NCBI RefSeq assembly: GCF_001194135.2
Contig: NC_068984.1
Location: 21,789,009-21,853,008, forward strand
DNA: 64,000 nt
Direction of reading: 5' to 3'
Source of the DNA: Octopus bimaculoides
Taxonomy: Eukaryota
Position 1 is the stretch's first letter. The number at the start of each line of letters is the position of its first letter. This document shows positions 13,718 through 26,560 of the stretch, in pieces. A program made the translations under genes and the position numbers. Under the pieces are notes generated by a model. It was not told the DNA's origin, did no database searches, and saw only the letters and a program-made list of their open reading frames with translations.

Positions 13718-13954
13718 AAGTTGTTAAAACGAAGTCAAATCGAATAGTAATATTTTGAAATCCTTTAATGCATACCTTTCGGTCGGTCCACGAATTGTAT
13801 CCATATTAATAATGTTATTATCAGCCCGAATATGCTTGAAGCACGTTCGAACCGGTGAACAAGCTGCTTACTGCGTTGTCACTGAAAGTACATACCGTTT
13901 GTAGACAAATGGGGTGTATACACCTAAATCAGCTACCAGCACCACCTATGCAGA

Positions 13955-14002
13955 CTGTGAAATGCAAGGTTTTCAGAGTAATTGTCCCCTCTTCGGTCAC
14001 AG
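13955..14002 (-). ncRNA. Hammerhead-like motif, left arm (core U4 changed to C)
   Basis: Minus strand: CTGTGA CCGAAGA GGGG ACAATTA CTCT GAAA ACCTTGCA TT TCACAG. Perfect 6-bp stem I and a 4-bp stem II with G-U pairs. Confidence 0.5.
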
Positions 14003-14300
14003 ACACCAGGCAGGCGGCACTACGAGCTGATTGAAGAGTGAATCTCTTATGCGTTTCGAGTTGCCACATGGCAGCGCTATGCAGCGGCTCACCTTGAGTA
14101 AATTACAGAGGGGGAGCGCTAAGCAGTGATAAGTAAAATTGTAATGTTTATTATCAATCCGAATATGCTTGAGGTGCGTTCGAACAGGTGTACAAGTTAT
14201 TAGCGCCCCCCTCTGTAATTTACTTACGGTGGGCCGCTGAATGGCAACTGGAAAAGCATAGGAGAATCAATCTCTTCAATCAGCTCGTAACGCCTGGTGT

Positions 14301-14348
14301 CTGTAACTGAGGAGGAGATAACTACTCCGAAAACTTTGCATCTCACAG
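14301..14348 (+). ncRNA. Hammerhead-like motif, right arm
   Basis: CTGTAA CTGAGGA GGAG ATAACTA CTCC GAAA ACTTTGCA TC TCACAG. Intact CUGANGA and GAAA boxes, perfect 4-bp stem II, 5/6 stem I. Stem III is poorly paired. Confidence 0.6.
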
Positions 14349-15002
14349 TCTGGGTAGGCGGCGCTGCGAGCTTATCTGGGTGTACACACGCCATTTGTCA
14401 ACAAATGACATATTTTCCGTGACAAAACGCAGCGAATAGCTTGTTCACTGGTTCGGACGTGTCTCAAGCATGTTCGGATTGATAATAACATTACATTTTT
14501 ACCTATCACTGCTTAGCGCTCCCCTCTGTAATATCCATATTAATCCTCCTAACTTCGTAGCCAGAGCCAAATTACACTTCTGACCATATGCGTTGAAATA
14601 TTTCCCTCAAGTGAATCATATTTTGAAATGTTTCAACTGAGAACAAGCTTACGTAGTGGAGGTATTTCCAATTATATATTATACGGAGCTAAAATATACG
14701 TAGTAAATGGTTTCAAAATATTACTATTTAGTTTTTGACTTAATTATCACAACTTGTACAACCCCATGCTAGTCCAAGGCAGTTGGCCCAGAATCCACTT
14801 AACCAGATACTCTATAAGGGATTTTGAATCATTTGCCATATTATATTTGAATCGAGTCGAAAATTCTGGCACCGTGTACCACTTCTTAGCGTAACACGAA
14901 ACATTATATATAGGGAGAATTCACAGAAAAAACAGAAGACGAAGACAGGTGGTGTACAAAACAACCAGATATATTAGTATAACGCTCGGGAAGTGAAAAA
15001 GT

Positions 15003-15038
15003 CTTTAACGTTTCGAGCCTACGCTCTTCCACAGAAAG
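15003..15038 (-). ncRNA. Minimal type I hammerhead variant (core CUGUGGA) in a short repeat at about 14910-15095
   Basis: Minus strand: CTTT CTGTGGA A GAGC GTAG GCTC GAAAC GTT AAAG. 4-bp stem I, 4-bp stem II, palindromic AACGTT stem III. A6 is replaced by U. Confidence 0.6.
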
Positions 15039-15099
15039 GAACACGGAAAGAAAAAAAATAATGTGTAGTGGCTAGTGATCTATCATGGCGAATATATAT

Positions 15100-15127
15100 A
15101 TGTATATACACACACATACGTATATTT

Positions 15128-15180
<53 letters not shown>

Positions 15181-15362
15181 ATTATATATACACATCCGTA
15201 TATTATATATATATATGTATATATACACACATCCGTATATTATATATATATATGTATATATACACACATCCGTATAGATATATACATACGTATATATACA
15301 CACATCCGTATAGATATATACATACGTATATATATATGTATGTAAATATATACATATACATT

Positions 15363-15444
<82 letters not shown>

Positions 15445-15560
15445 TTTATATATGTGTATAAATAACCATATATGTATATATATGTGTGCATATATTTATA
15501 TGTACACATTATTTTATGTATAAATTTATGTATATATATATATATATATATATTACATTA
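15100..15560. repeat. (TA)n microsatellite with an embedded minisatellite of about 30-40 nt (ACACATCCGTATA unit)
   Basis: Four CACATCCGTATA motifs between 15190 and 15312 inside TA repeats. Confidence 0.85.
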
Positions 15561-17092
15561 TTTGTTGGTAGTGTAAAAAAAATCACAACACACGCAAGCC
15601 TTCCCTAGCACCCCCCCCCCACACACACCCACACACACGCACACGTTTATACGTAGACATAAATAAGTATACATACATACACAGATATACAGTCATATAT
15701 GTGTATGTCTTTGTATGTTTATATATTATTATTTAAGACATTCATATATCTCTCGATGTGTATTTAGAAGCCCCGATACCCTACATTCCTAGGAATAAAT
15801 GCATGGATGCTGTAAAGTTCTAAGATTGGTGTATGAGAATTAAATATAGATTAGATTAAGCGATCAAAGGAATTTCTCGTTAAGACGGCAATCATAACCA
15901 CTTCATACGGCATCTTCATATCAACTCATCAAATTAAATTGGAAGCCTCAGAATAAAGAAAATTAAATAAAAGGAATTCACGTCATTTTAGAAATAATTT
16001 CTTTTGTTGGTAGACCTTCTTTAAAAAAAAAGAGAAGAAAATATTTTCTTTAGCTTTTCCCCTGTGTAGTCACGTTACGATGTTAGAAGTAACTTTGGTA
16101 GGGCAATCGTAGGAGTGTCGTGATAGCTGTGCTGGAGTGGAATTAGTGTTCAGGCTAGCCTGATTGAATAGATTTACGATCAAATGATTTCCAACTATGA
16201 GATAGCTAACATCAATAAGAACACATCTATCGCTCCATCTAATTTTAAATACCTCATGATTTCGTTTTAAGGATTGGTGTATCTAGGCGTACATTGATGA
16301 GAACGACTTTCTGCTTTCTTTTTTTTTTTTTTCGTCTTTTTAAAGGTGGCTTTGTATGACTCGAAGATTTGGTTGCTATTTCTTGTAGGTTGAGCGAATG
16401 GGTAGAGGATTTCTGGTTGGCTGATGTAGTTACTGCTGCTGTTGTTGTTTAACCCTAGGTCAATCACGGTTGAATAGACTTCTGATCAAAGACATTCCAC
16501 CTAACACAGTTCCGTGTTTTTAGTGGAAATAAGCAATACATTATCTTATGTGTCCTTCCCTTTTCTCAAATGCTATAGTATGATTTAAGGGACATTTGGA
16601 TCTATGTCAAGTAGGTGAAGCGACCATATAAACCTTTTGTAAGTTGTTACTTTTGTAATTGTTTTGTTACAAGCCAACCCCGGTTAAACAGACTAATGTT
16701 CATATGTATTCCTGCCATGACTTCCTAGACTTTTTTTTTGGGGGGGGGTATCTTGAACTATTTATGAAAAAATGTTCGCTTTAAAAAAATTGTGATTGAG
16801 AGATATTTGGCTTGTATCTCAACAGGTTGAGATAGCAACGACAGGCTCCCTATTTGTCATTAGTTTCTACGGTTGCTATATCAACATTAATATCACTATA
16901 AGGCAAAGGTGAATGTTTAGGTAGTAGTGGCAGCAGCAGTTGTCATTCTTGTGATGGTAGTAACCATAACAACCCAGTAGTGGTATTGCTACTTGTTGTG
17001 GGACTGATCCTGGAGCCATGTGGTTGGGAAGTCAGCTTCTTACCACACAGCCACACCTGCGCCTGTATGTATACATGTATATATTTATGCAT

Positions 17093-17490
17093 GGAGGCGC
17101 AATGGCCCAGTGGTTAGGGCAGCGGATTCGCGGTCATAGGATCGCGGTTTCGATTCCAAGACCGGGCGTTGTGAGTGTTTATTGAGCGAAAACACCTAAA
17201 GCTCCACGAGGCTCTGGCAGGGGATGGTGGTGAACCCTGCTATACTCTTTCACCACAACTTTCTCTCACTCTTACTTCCTGTTTCTGTTGTACCTGCAAT
17301 TGAAAGGGTCAGCCTTGTCACACTCTGTCACGCTGAATATCCCCGAGAACTACGTTAATGGTACACGTGTCTGTGGAGTGCTCAGTCACTTGCATGTTAA
17401 TTTCACGAGTAGGCTGTTCAGTTGATCGGATCAACTGGAACCCTCGACGTCGTAAGCGACGGAGTGCCAACAACAACAACAACAACAACA
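17093..17490 (+). mobile_element. Full-length tRNA-derived SINE (family A) with 14-bp TSD
   Basis: Head GGAGGCGCAATGGCCCAGTGGTTAGG...GGTTTCGATTCC and a (CAA)n tail. TSD ATATATTTATGCAT at 17079-17092 and 17491-17504. Confidence 0.9.
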
Positions 17491-18174
17491 ATATATTTAT
17501 GCATACATAAATACATTTACACACACACACACACATATGTGTGGGATTTTTTTTGCCATACTTCGTTTGGCAATGTGCTTCCTCACGTCATCCTTTTGGG
17601 TTCCATATATAATGAACGAGTGCAATACAGATGCAGCCCTCACTCCTTCAAAGTGTCATATCCCAGACGTTTCTATAAATGAAGTGGGAAGGACGCAGAA
17701 AAGAATATGTGCCTGCTCACAATTACATGGACACCTAAAATAATTAGCAAAAGCATGGTAGTGCTATCAAGTCATACTCGTTTGCGAGAAACGGATGTAG
17801 ATTTACATACACACACACACACATATACTTATGCGTATCTCATACAGTTGATGCATGTATGCAAAAAAATATGCTGTGCTGAACAGAACGCAAGCTAGAA
17901 CATATTTCATAGTCATATTCATGTATAAACAAATTATTAGTCTCAGTTGTTTTATTTCAACCGTACTGTTGCATGTTTACTAATATTAAACACATTTAAC
18001 AGATGGAAATTGTGTAAAACTAACTTTTAGCGCATTCCAGACATAGGCGAACTAGTCCAGGAACGCATTGATGCTGACTCGTACGTACACACACACATAC
18101 ACACACACACCACACAAATACATACATACACACATATGCACACACACACACACAAACAAATATATAACGCCCAT

Positions 18175-18206
<32 letters not shown>

Positions 18207-18656
18207 NNNNNNNNNNNNNNNNNNNNNNNNNNNNNNNNNNNNNNNNNNNNNNNNNNNNNNNNNNNNNNNNNNNNNNNNNNNNNNNNNNNNNNNNNNNNNN
18301 NNNNNNNNNNNNNNNNNNNNNNNNNNNNNNNNNNNNNNNNNNNNNNNNNNNNNNNNNNNNNNNNNNNNNNNNNNNNNNNNNNNNNNNNNNNNNNNNNNNN
18401 NNNNNNNNNNNNNNNNNNNNNNNNNNNNNNNNNNNNNNNNNNNNNNNNNNNNNNNNNNNNNNNNNNNNNNNNNNNNNNNNNNNNNNNNNNNNNNNNNNNN
18501 NNNNNNNNNNNNNNNNNNNNNNNNNNNNNNNNNNNNNNNNNNNNNNNNNNNNNNNNNNNNNNNNNNNNNAATAATAATAATAATAATAATAATAACAACA
18601 ACAACAACATCGAAAAATACCCTAGGAATGAGAACCCTAGTTCGAAATTTCCCCAA

Positions 18657-18702
18657 GACACCTGATGAAGGCCGGAGGGTATATCAGCCGAAACGTTGTG
18701 TT
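18657..18702 (+). ncRNA. Minimal type I hammerhead ribozyme motif with intact core, in a short repeat at about 18610-18750
   Basis: GACAC CTGATGA A GGCCG GAGGGTATAT CAGCC GAAA C G T T GTGTT. Stem I GACAC/GTGTT, stem II GGCCG/CAGCC (one mismatch), palindromic AACGTT stem III, predicted cleavage after 18697. Confidence 0.75.
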
Positions 18703-21700
18703 AACAACAAACAAGATGAGGACAAATATCCGTCAAATGTAAATAATTTGTCTATTTATTAGGAAGTCTCATTTAAAATATTTTTTTGTGTTAATCTTGG
18801 AATTAAATGGTTTCGATTTACTGTCAAGTGAGTTTTGGCCAACGCTGTATATATATAATATCATAAGCCTGTTAAGGTAGAACTAAACGAGAGCAAATAT
18901 AACAGGAGGAAAGAGAAAACGCTTATAAACAATAAATGAGGAATCAGCAGCTTCTGGGACCAGGGCAGGACTTCATATTGGAAACTGCATACCACTGACG
19001 AACTGTCACGATGTTCTATCCATTTGCTAGAAATAACTGGCAAATTTCCATCTTGTTCCTCACTAAGACCATCATGTTGGATAATGTAGTCCCAGATATA
19101 TCAAGTATGAAATATTTACGAAAATATGATGGGATGGTCATTGCATAATATTTGCGATGATAATCCTGATAAATGAGGGCTGGTGTGTGTATAGTTTAAC
19201 AAATCCAACAACGTGAACATTGACGCTTAAAATTTTGAAAATATAAGGCATTTAGTATGGAGGTTGTAAGTTTATCGACTTATGTAAAACTGTTCAGAGG
19301 TTTGCCTTAACTTCTAGAAAATTCTGTCCACTGGACGGTTCTACTAATGAATTTAATTAAAACTGCTGGCTTGTGGTTGTTTAGCGGGCTTATGATGAAA
19401 GGTTATACTATTCCGAACATCCTGTAGGTCTTTCAGTGAATATTATTTTTCTTTGCAGACTTAATCTGTTTCACATACCAACAGCAATACCTAGCTCTTG
19501 GGTGACTTTAACAGCAACACTGTTGGATGTTTTTAAAAGTATTTGTAAACGCTGCCGCTCTTTCTATGACTAAGCTGTTAAAAATATCTGGGTCTACATT
19601 AGCGTCCTTCTTCAGATGGTAGGAGGAAGATTTCTCTTGTATTGCCACACTCTCCGGTTGCTTAATTTTATCTTAAAAATTTAATTAAAGGCACTCACTT
19701 TAATTAAAAGCACTCACTTATGGACCCAATATTAATTTGGTGAATGCAGCAGAAATGATTGATATTCGAGTGCGTGCATGCACACACATAAGCAAATTCA
19801 GAGAAACACACTAATGCGCATGCGCATAACAACACACACATGAAATACATATATACAGAAGCATACATATGTACATAGTCAATAGTGTTTAGGGTTTCTT
19901 TCGGACATTTTGGATTGATACCGTTACCCATCACTTTGAATAAAATTCATGTTTATGGTTGTCGCTACAAAGAGTTGTAGTTCTGGGATATCGAATCAAA
20001 GAAGAGAGTATATAGCGTGAGTTATCGGGGTTGGGTGGATGAGAGACATGGGCTGACGAGAGCAGGAGAGGTGATTGAATCATGTGGGACACAGCTTGAC
20101 AATTCAACAGAGAGAGAGAGATGGAGAGAGAGGAGAGAGGGAGAGAGTTACGGCTGTGTTGTGCTGCATGCATACAGTTAACTAGAGTGTTGTATCCAGT
20201 CCATTCTTTGACGGCCAATCTCTCTCTTCTCTTCAGTAGTTCATGTTAGGATGGTCTTGGGCAGAGATTGGTGGCACATTGTATGCCTATCATATGATAT
20301 TTCTGGACTTTATTTTCGACGATAGGTGTCTTTGCACTTTCAGTTTTTCTAGTATTGCAGCGTCTAAAATGCCGCTTAATTTCTATACTTTTCTCCATAA
20401 CTCTATGCATTGACCAAGTTTCTAGCCTGTATAACCACTGAAATACAGTTGTAATGCTTTATAATCAATATGAAATGTCATAAGAAATTGTGTATTTTTA
20501 AAGATGTTAAAGTTGACAGCAGAATCAACTAGTTTCAGCTTACGTCCCCATAATATAATTTCCTGCATTTACGAACTTATATACAGTAAAAATCTATGTG
20601 ATTTTAGTACTCAGTACAGACACAGTCAATACAGCGGTGAAATAGAGACCGAAGAACTTTAAAAGTATATATTTGTTTATTTATGAGGTGTAGGGATGAG
20701 ATAGTCGAATGACTGAGGTATTGCAATACTGGCTCATCGTACTTGAACCCCGAATTTGATTCAGTAATTTGAATATATTTCGCAGCACAGCAGTATGTTT
20801 AATGTTGTTTCGGTTTACGATATAGCTATCGAGATTAGATACCAGAACACCTTGGAATATTGAACCGCTATTCCGTACTAGAATCCATCATGCGAAAACA
20901 TTGTATGCATTGTATGCATTTGAAAATAGAACTCAAGTGGTAAATGACGTATAAAACATTTAACGTTTAACTAATTACACACACGCTTACACCTTTGACA
21001 GCAGCTACAGCAGATTTCTACAATATATATATATATATACACACATGCATACATATATATATATATATATATGAGTGTGTGTGTGTGTGTGCGTGTGTGT
21101 ATTTGTGCATATAATTAGTATATACTTATCTATGTATATGCGTGTATATTTATTTGCATATAAATATCATATATAATTATATGTGCGTATATAATTAAAA
21201 GTCTGAATGTGAGTGAGTGAATGAGTGAGTGTGCGTGGGTGCATGTGTGTATGTGTGTGTGTGTGCGCGTGTACGCGCGTGCGCATTCGTGCATGTGTGT
21301 GAGACGGTCGGTATTTAATATATTTGTTTTATTTCAACCGTTGATTTGAATACAGTTTATAGCCTGCTTCAGGAAAGTTAATAAAGAAAGGAAATAAAAT
21401 GTGATGAATTCCTTCTCATTGCTATCATAGTTTATATTCATTGGTGATACGTGCAAGAATGATATCATGTAATGATATTAACAAGCCACTGCTCATAATA
21501 TCCGCTTTTCCGAAAAGGAACTTATTGATTTCAAGTTCTCTCTTTAGACGCGTTGGTCTGCATATATTGAAGAGGTGATAAATATATAGTTTCATATATA
21601 TATATATGTATGTACACACATTAAGCATATAATGTATATGCATATATGTAGATAATGAATATGCATGCACGTATATGTAAATGAAGGTGTATATGATATA

Positions 21701-21945
21701 TATATTCATATATGTACGTACACAATATACCGATTCATACATATATATATCTTGCAGATATATGTGATTTACGGATATGCATATAATGTATTTAAATGAT
21801 ATATATGTACATGCTATGTATGTCTGTATAAATACATAAGAACATACAAACAGATATAAGCAGAATTGCACACATGTATTTGGTTATTTTGGGAATAGTC
21901 ATTCATAGAAGCAACATCTTCAAATATTAGTCGATATTTTAAAGT

Positions 21946-22980
<1,035 letters not shown>

Positions 22981-23754
22981 GTGTGAGGTGTATACCTATG
23001 TGTATATATTGTAGTTATGCTTGTGGCTATGAGCACGTGTGTGATTATTAGCTTTTATGCGCGTAACAGTTGATTCACTTTCTTAGCAGGATGACGTTAG
23101 ATAGATAGCTTCCGCGCTGTAGGTTTAATCACCACAGCAAGATGAAATCTCGTTATGGAGTTGCTGAAATATATCGTTATTCTAAACCTCTACGGTATAT
23201 CGCTAGTATTTTCACTGTTTATCCCTCTGCTCGCATCCTCTACGGCTATATTGTTGCCGACGTTTACATTACTTAATCGTTATTCTTAATCTCTATGATA
23301 TATTGCTAACATTTACATTGTTTAATGTTGTTCTCTACATTAATGTTGTATATATTACCTGATGATTACACAGGTTTATCACTATCTTCAGCTTCTATTA
23401 TGTATTGGTGCAAGTGAATGTTAGCTGTTGATCATCCAGTACATATGATAGATGTTCAATTCTCGGATGAGACATTTAGTTTCAATTCTTACATATCTCG
23501 ATCCCAGCCGTGATTAACACGTAGGAAAAGGATGGGGATGGGTATATGCATCACTAGGTTGACTTGCCCTTAATAACCTGTATGAACGCAATGTTATTTA
23601 GAGTCACCTAATTTTCTTTCGCAGCCATATTGTTTCATAATACGGTGAGCTGGCAGAGCCGTTAGTACACCGGGCAAAATGCTTAACGGCATTTTGTCCA
23701 GTTGTTATTTGGAATCAAGTGCAGTAGCAGTGGATCTTTGCGATAAGAGAATAC

Positions 23755-23789
<35 letters not shown>

Positions 23790-24318
23790 TAAATAGATAG
23801 ATATATAGATAGATAAATAATTGGTAGTGTCCTTTGAGCGTCGGATTGCAGTAATTGGACAAACTTTCTGTAATGACAGTTCCATGCCCACAGAGGCCAG
23901 GTTTCTTTTTATTCTTTCGTCGTCGATAATAAAGTACGAGTCAAGTACTTTAGTCGATTCCTTCCCTTCTCCAAATCTTTCTTTCTGTCTGTCTCTTTCT
24001 CTCCTGGAAGAAAACGACTGTGGTTAGACCTAGAGAGGGTTGGGTTCTCTAAGGTACCTGTAACTTTGATGTCATGATGGAACTCCATGACTCCAAGAAT
24101 TTTAGAGATCACGATATGGCATTATATATATAAATTCAATGCATAATTACAAAAGAGCAGTTTAATGAGTATCCCTTGCCAATTGTGTATTAAATTGATA
24201 TTTATCGCTCATTGGATGGAGTACATTTTTTGTTGATTCTACCTGTCTGTCTATATATATATATATATATAGTGGCTACCTAGCTCCCAAGCTATGTAAA
24301 CGGACACGTATGTTTATA

Positions 24319-24728
24319 TACTCTTTTATTCTTGTACCTGTTTCAGTCAATTGACTGCGGGCATGCTGGAGCACTGCCTTTAGTCGAGAAAATCGACCCC
24401 AGGACTTATTCTTTGTAAGCCTAGTACTTATCCTATCGATACCTTTGCCGAACCGCTAAGTTACGGGGACGTAAACACACCAGCATCGATTGTCAAGCGA
24501 TGTTGGGTGTGGGCAAACACAGACACACGAACATATACACACATACATATATATATATACATGTATGCGACGGACTTCTTTCAATTTCGTCTACCGAATC
24601 CACTCAAAGGCTTTGGTCGGCGCGAGGCTATAGTAGAAGACACTTGCCCAAGGTGCCACGCAGTGAGACTCAATCCGGAACCATGTGGTTGGTAAGCAAG
24701 CTACTTACCACACAACCACTCCTGCGCC
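24319..24728 (-). mobile_element. Full-length bipartite SINE: tRNA-like head (B), internal microsatellite, 3' body (C)
   Basis: Minus strand: GGCGCAGGAGTGGTTGTGTGG...GGATTGAGTCTC head at 24568-24728, then TA/CA repeats at 24540-24567, then a body ending in an AGAGTA-type tail at 24319. Confidence 0.8.
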
Positions 24729-24990
24729 TATATATATTTTATTAATTATTCATACATTTAAAAAAATTTATAGATCTGCACCTTTGAACTGTTTATCAGA
24801 GCCACCGAAACTGGTGGTTGGAAAGAAGGAAGTAATTTTTAAGACGGACCCCTAATCCGAATGTATGCAGATTGTGCTAGTGGTCAGATTGATCAATCAA
24901 GTATTTTACCCTGGAGTTCAAACCTTGGCTCTGGACAGCTTCTCTTCCATACAGTTTCACCCACCATGCTTTCGTCGATTTGAAACTGTA

Positions 24991-25029
<39 letters not shown>

Positions 25030-25338
25030 GTGAAACGCAGTGGAATTGAACCAAAAGTCATATAGTTGTGAAGCAAGCTTCCATACCACATAGTTAAGCC
25101 TGCTCCCTGGCATTTATATAGGATGGTGATATATTCATAAGTCTACCAACAATAACACCGCATACACAAATACATAAATAATATATAATACATATACTTA
25201 TATTTTATGCCTATATTTGCTTTAATATTCTTATTTATATGCAGTTACATGCATCATATTCATGCATATGTCTTTATATTTTGATACCTATCCATACATA
25301 TCTATCTCTCTAAATAATAAATAAATAAATAAATATAT

Positions 25339-25389
<51 letters not shown>

Positions 25390-25416
25390 CACGTATTCGC
25401 TCACTCNNNNNNNNNN

Positions 25417-25466
<50 letters not shown>

Positions 25467-26394
25467 CTACATACAAACATTCGTACATTCAGACAGACAA
25501 CTGTAACATTATCACCTAAGTAATTCAGTAATTCATGGGTTGCCAAGAAGTCAACATCGAGTTCATAAAAGAAGTATTTCTTAAAATGACGAGTCAACAT
25601 CACTAATCTGCAGTCTACGTCGTTTGCAAGAAGAGAGCGGTAAGAATATAACAAGGAAAATAAATATATATGGAAGAAAATTAGATAAAACATATGTCTG
25701 AGGAAAAAATAAACTAAATCAAACAAACAAATCATACATCACACTTAAACACGCACATTCTCGTGTACACATTCATACACAAACAAGTATACACATTTTC
25801 ATACACGAAAGATGGTGAGAAAAACAAAAAAGAAATGTAAAAGAAAAAGAAAAAAATGAAAATGAAGAACGGACTTAAAATGGCGTAGTAATGTAAAGTG
25901 TGTGATGCATTGAACATAAAAATGAAGCACAAACTCTCAATAGTAATATAAAAAAATTATGGAAGCTAATAGGGGAAAGAACCTAAATTTCACTAATGTA
26001 GTAACAACAGTGAAGTTAGTGTTTTTTTTTAATAAAAAAAAAGCTTCTATAGATAAACTAGAGAAAAAATGTTTTAAAGTGTTGCAGACGTAATCTGCAA
26101 AACTCTCGGCAGTATAATATTTTGCTAACGAGATTACATGTTGTGTACGGGTTAGGAAATCAATGTATTGCAACCTTAATCCAATCACGAAAGAGTATGT
26201 GAAGTAACATTACCATCCAACTTTCTCTCTCTCTCTACCGCTTCTCTCCTGCTTTCTTCTTTTGCCAACATGGCAGTTTGAATATCTCTACATCATGGTA
26301 CCCTTAAGACTATGATCGCTTTGTTGTATAGTTAATTAGTAAAGAATGGTGTATATACAAAAAGATTATTGCTATCAACTATTAAAAAAAAACC

Positions 26395-26560
26395 CCAGAA
26401 AGCTAAAGTACTTTGGTCACATAGTAAGAGCACAAGGTATACAGAGACTATTACTTGCGAATGCTCGAGAGGAAGACCGAGAGCCATCTGGTTTGATACA
26501 TCACCTACTGGCGGAAACTATGATATACTGAATGTATAAGAATGACAAGAAAAAAAAAAC
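26395..26560 (+). mobile_element. RTE-like LINE 3' fragment
   Basis: RKLKYFGHIVRA in ORF 26346-26531, followed by an out-of-frame RGRPR (CGAGGAAGACCGAGA-like). Confidence 0.55.

Larger units (their letters stand above)
13811..14531. mobile_element. Fold-back insertion of about 320-nt monomers with a 13-bp TSD (PLE pseudo-LTR or retrozyme-like)
   Basis: TSD TATCCATATTAAT at 13798-13810 and 14532-14544. The left part (13811 to about 14200) is about 1.2 head-to-tail monomers. The right part (about 14201-14531) is about 1 monomer inverted (CTCTGTAAT repeats 313 nt apart). Each arm carries a hammerhead-like motif. Confidence 0.8.
13720..14753. mobile_element. Older MITE-like element (about 300 bp) interrupted by the 13811-14531 insertion
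   Basis: Imperfect inverted termini of about 44 bp: 13720-13763 (GTTGT...AAGTCAAA..AATAGTAATATTTTGAAATCC) and 14709-14753 (reverse complement GTTGT...AAGTCAAAA..AATAGTAATATTTTGAAACC). Confidence 0.55.
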
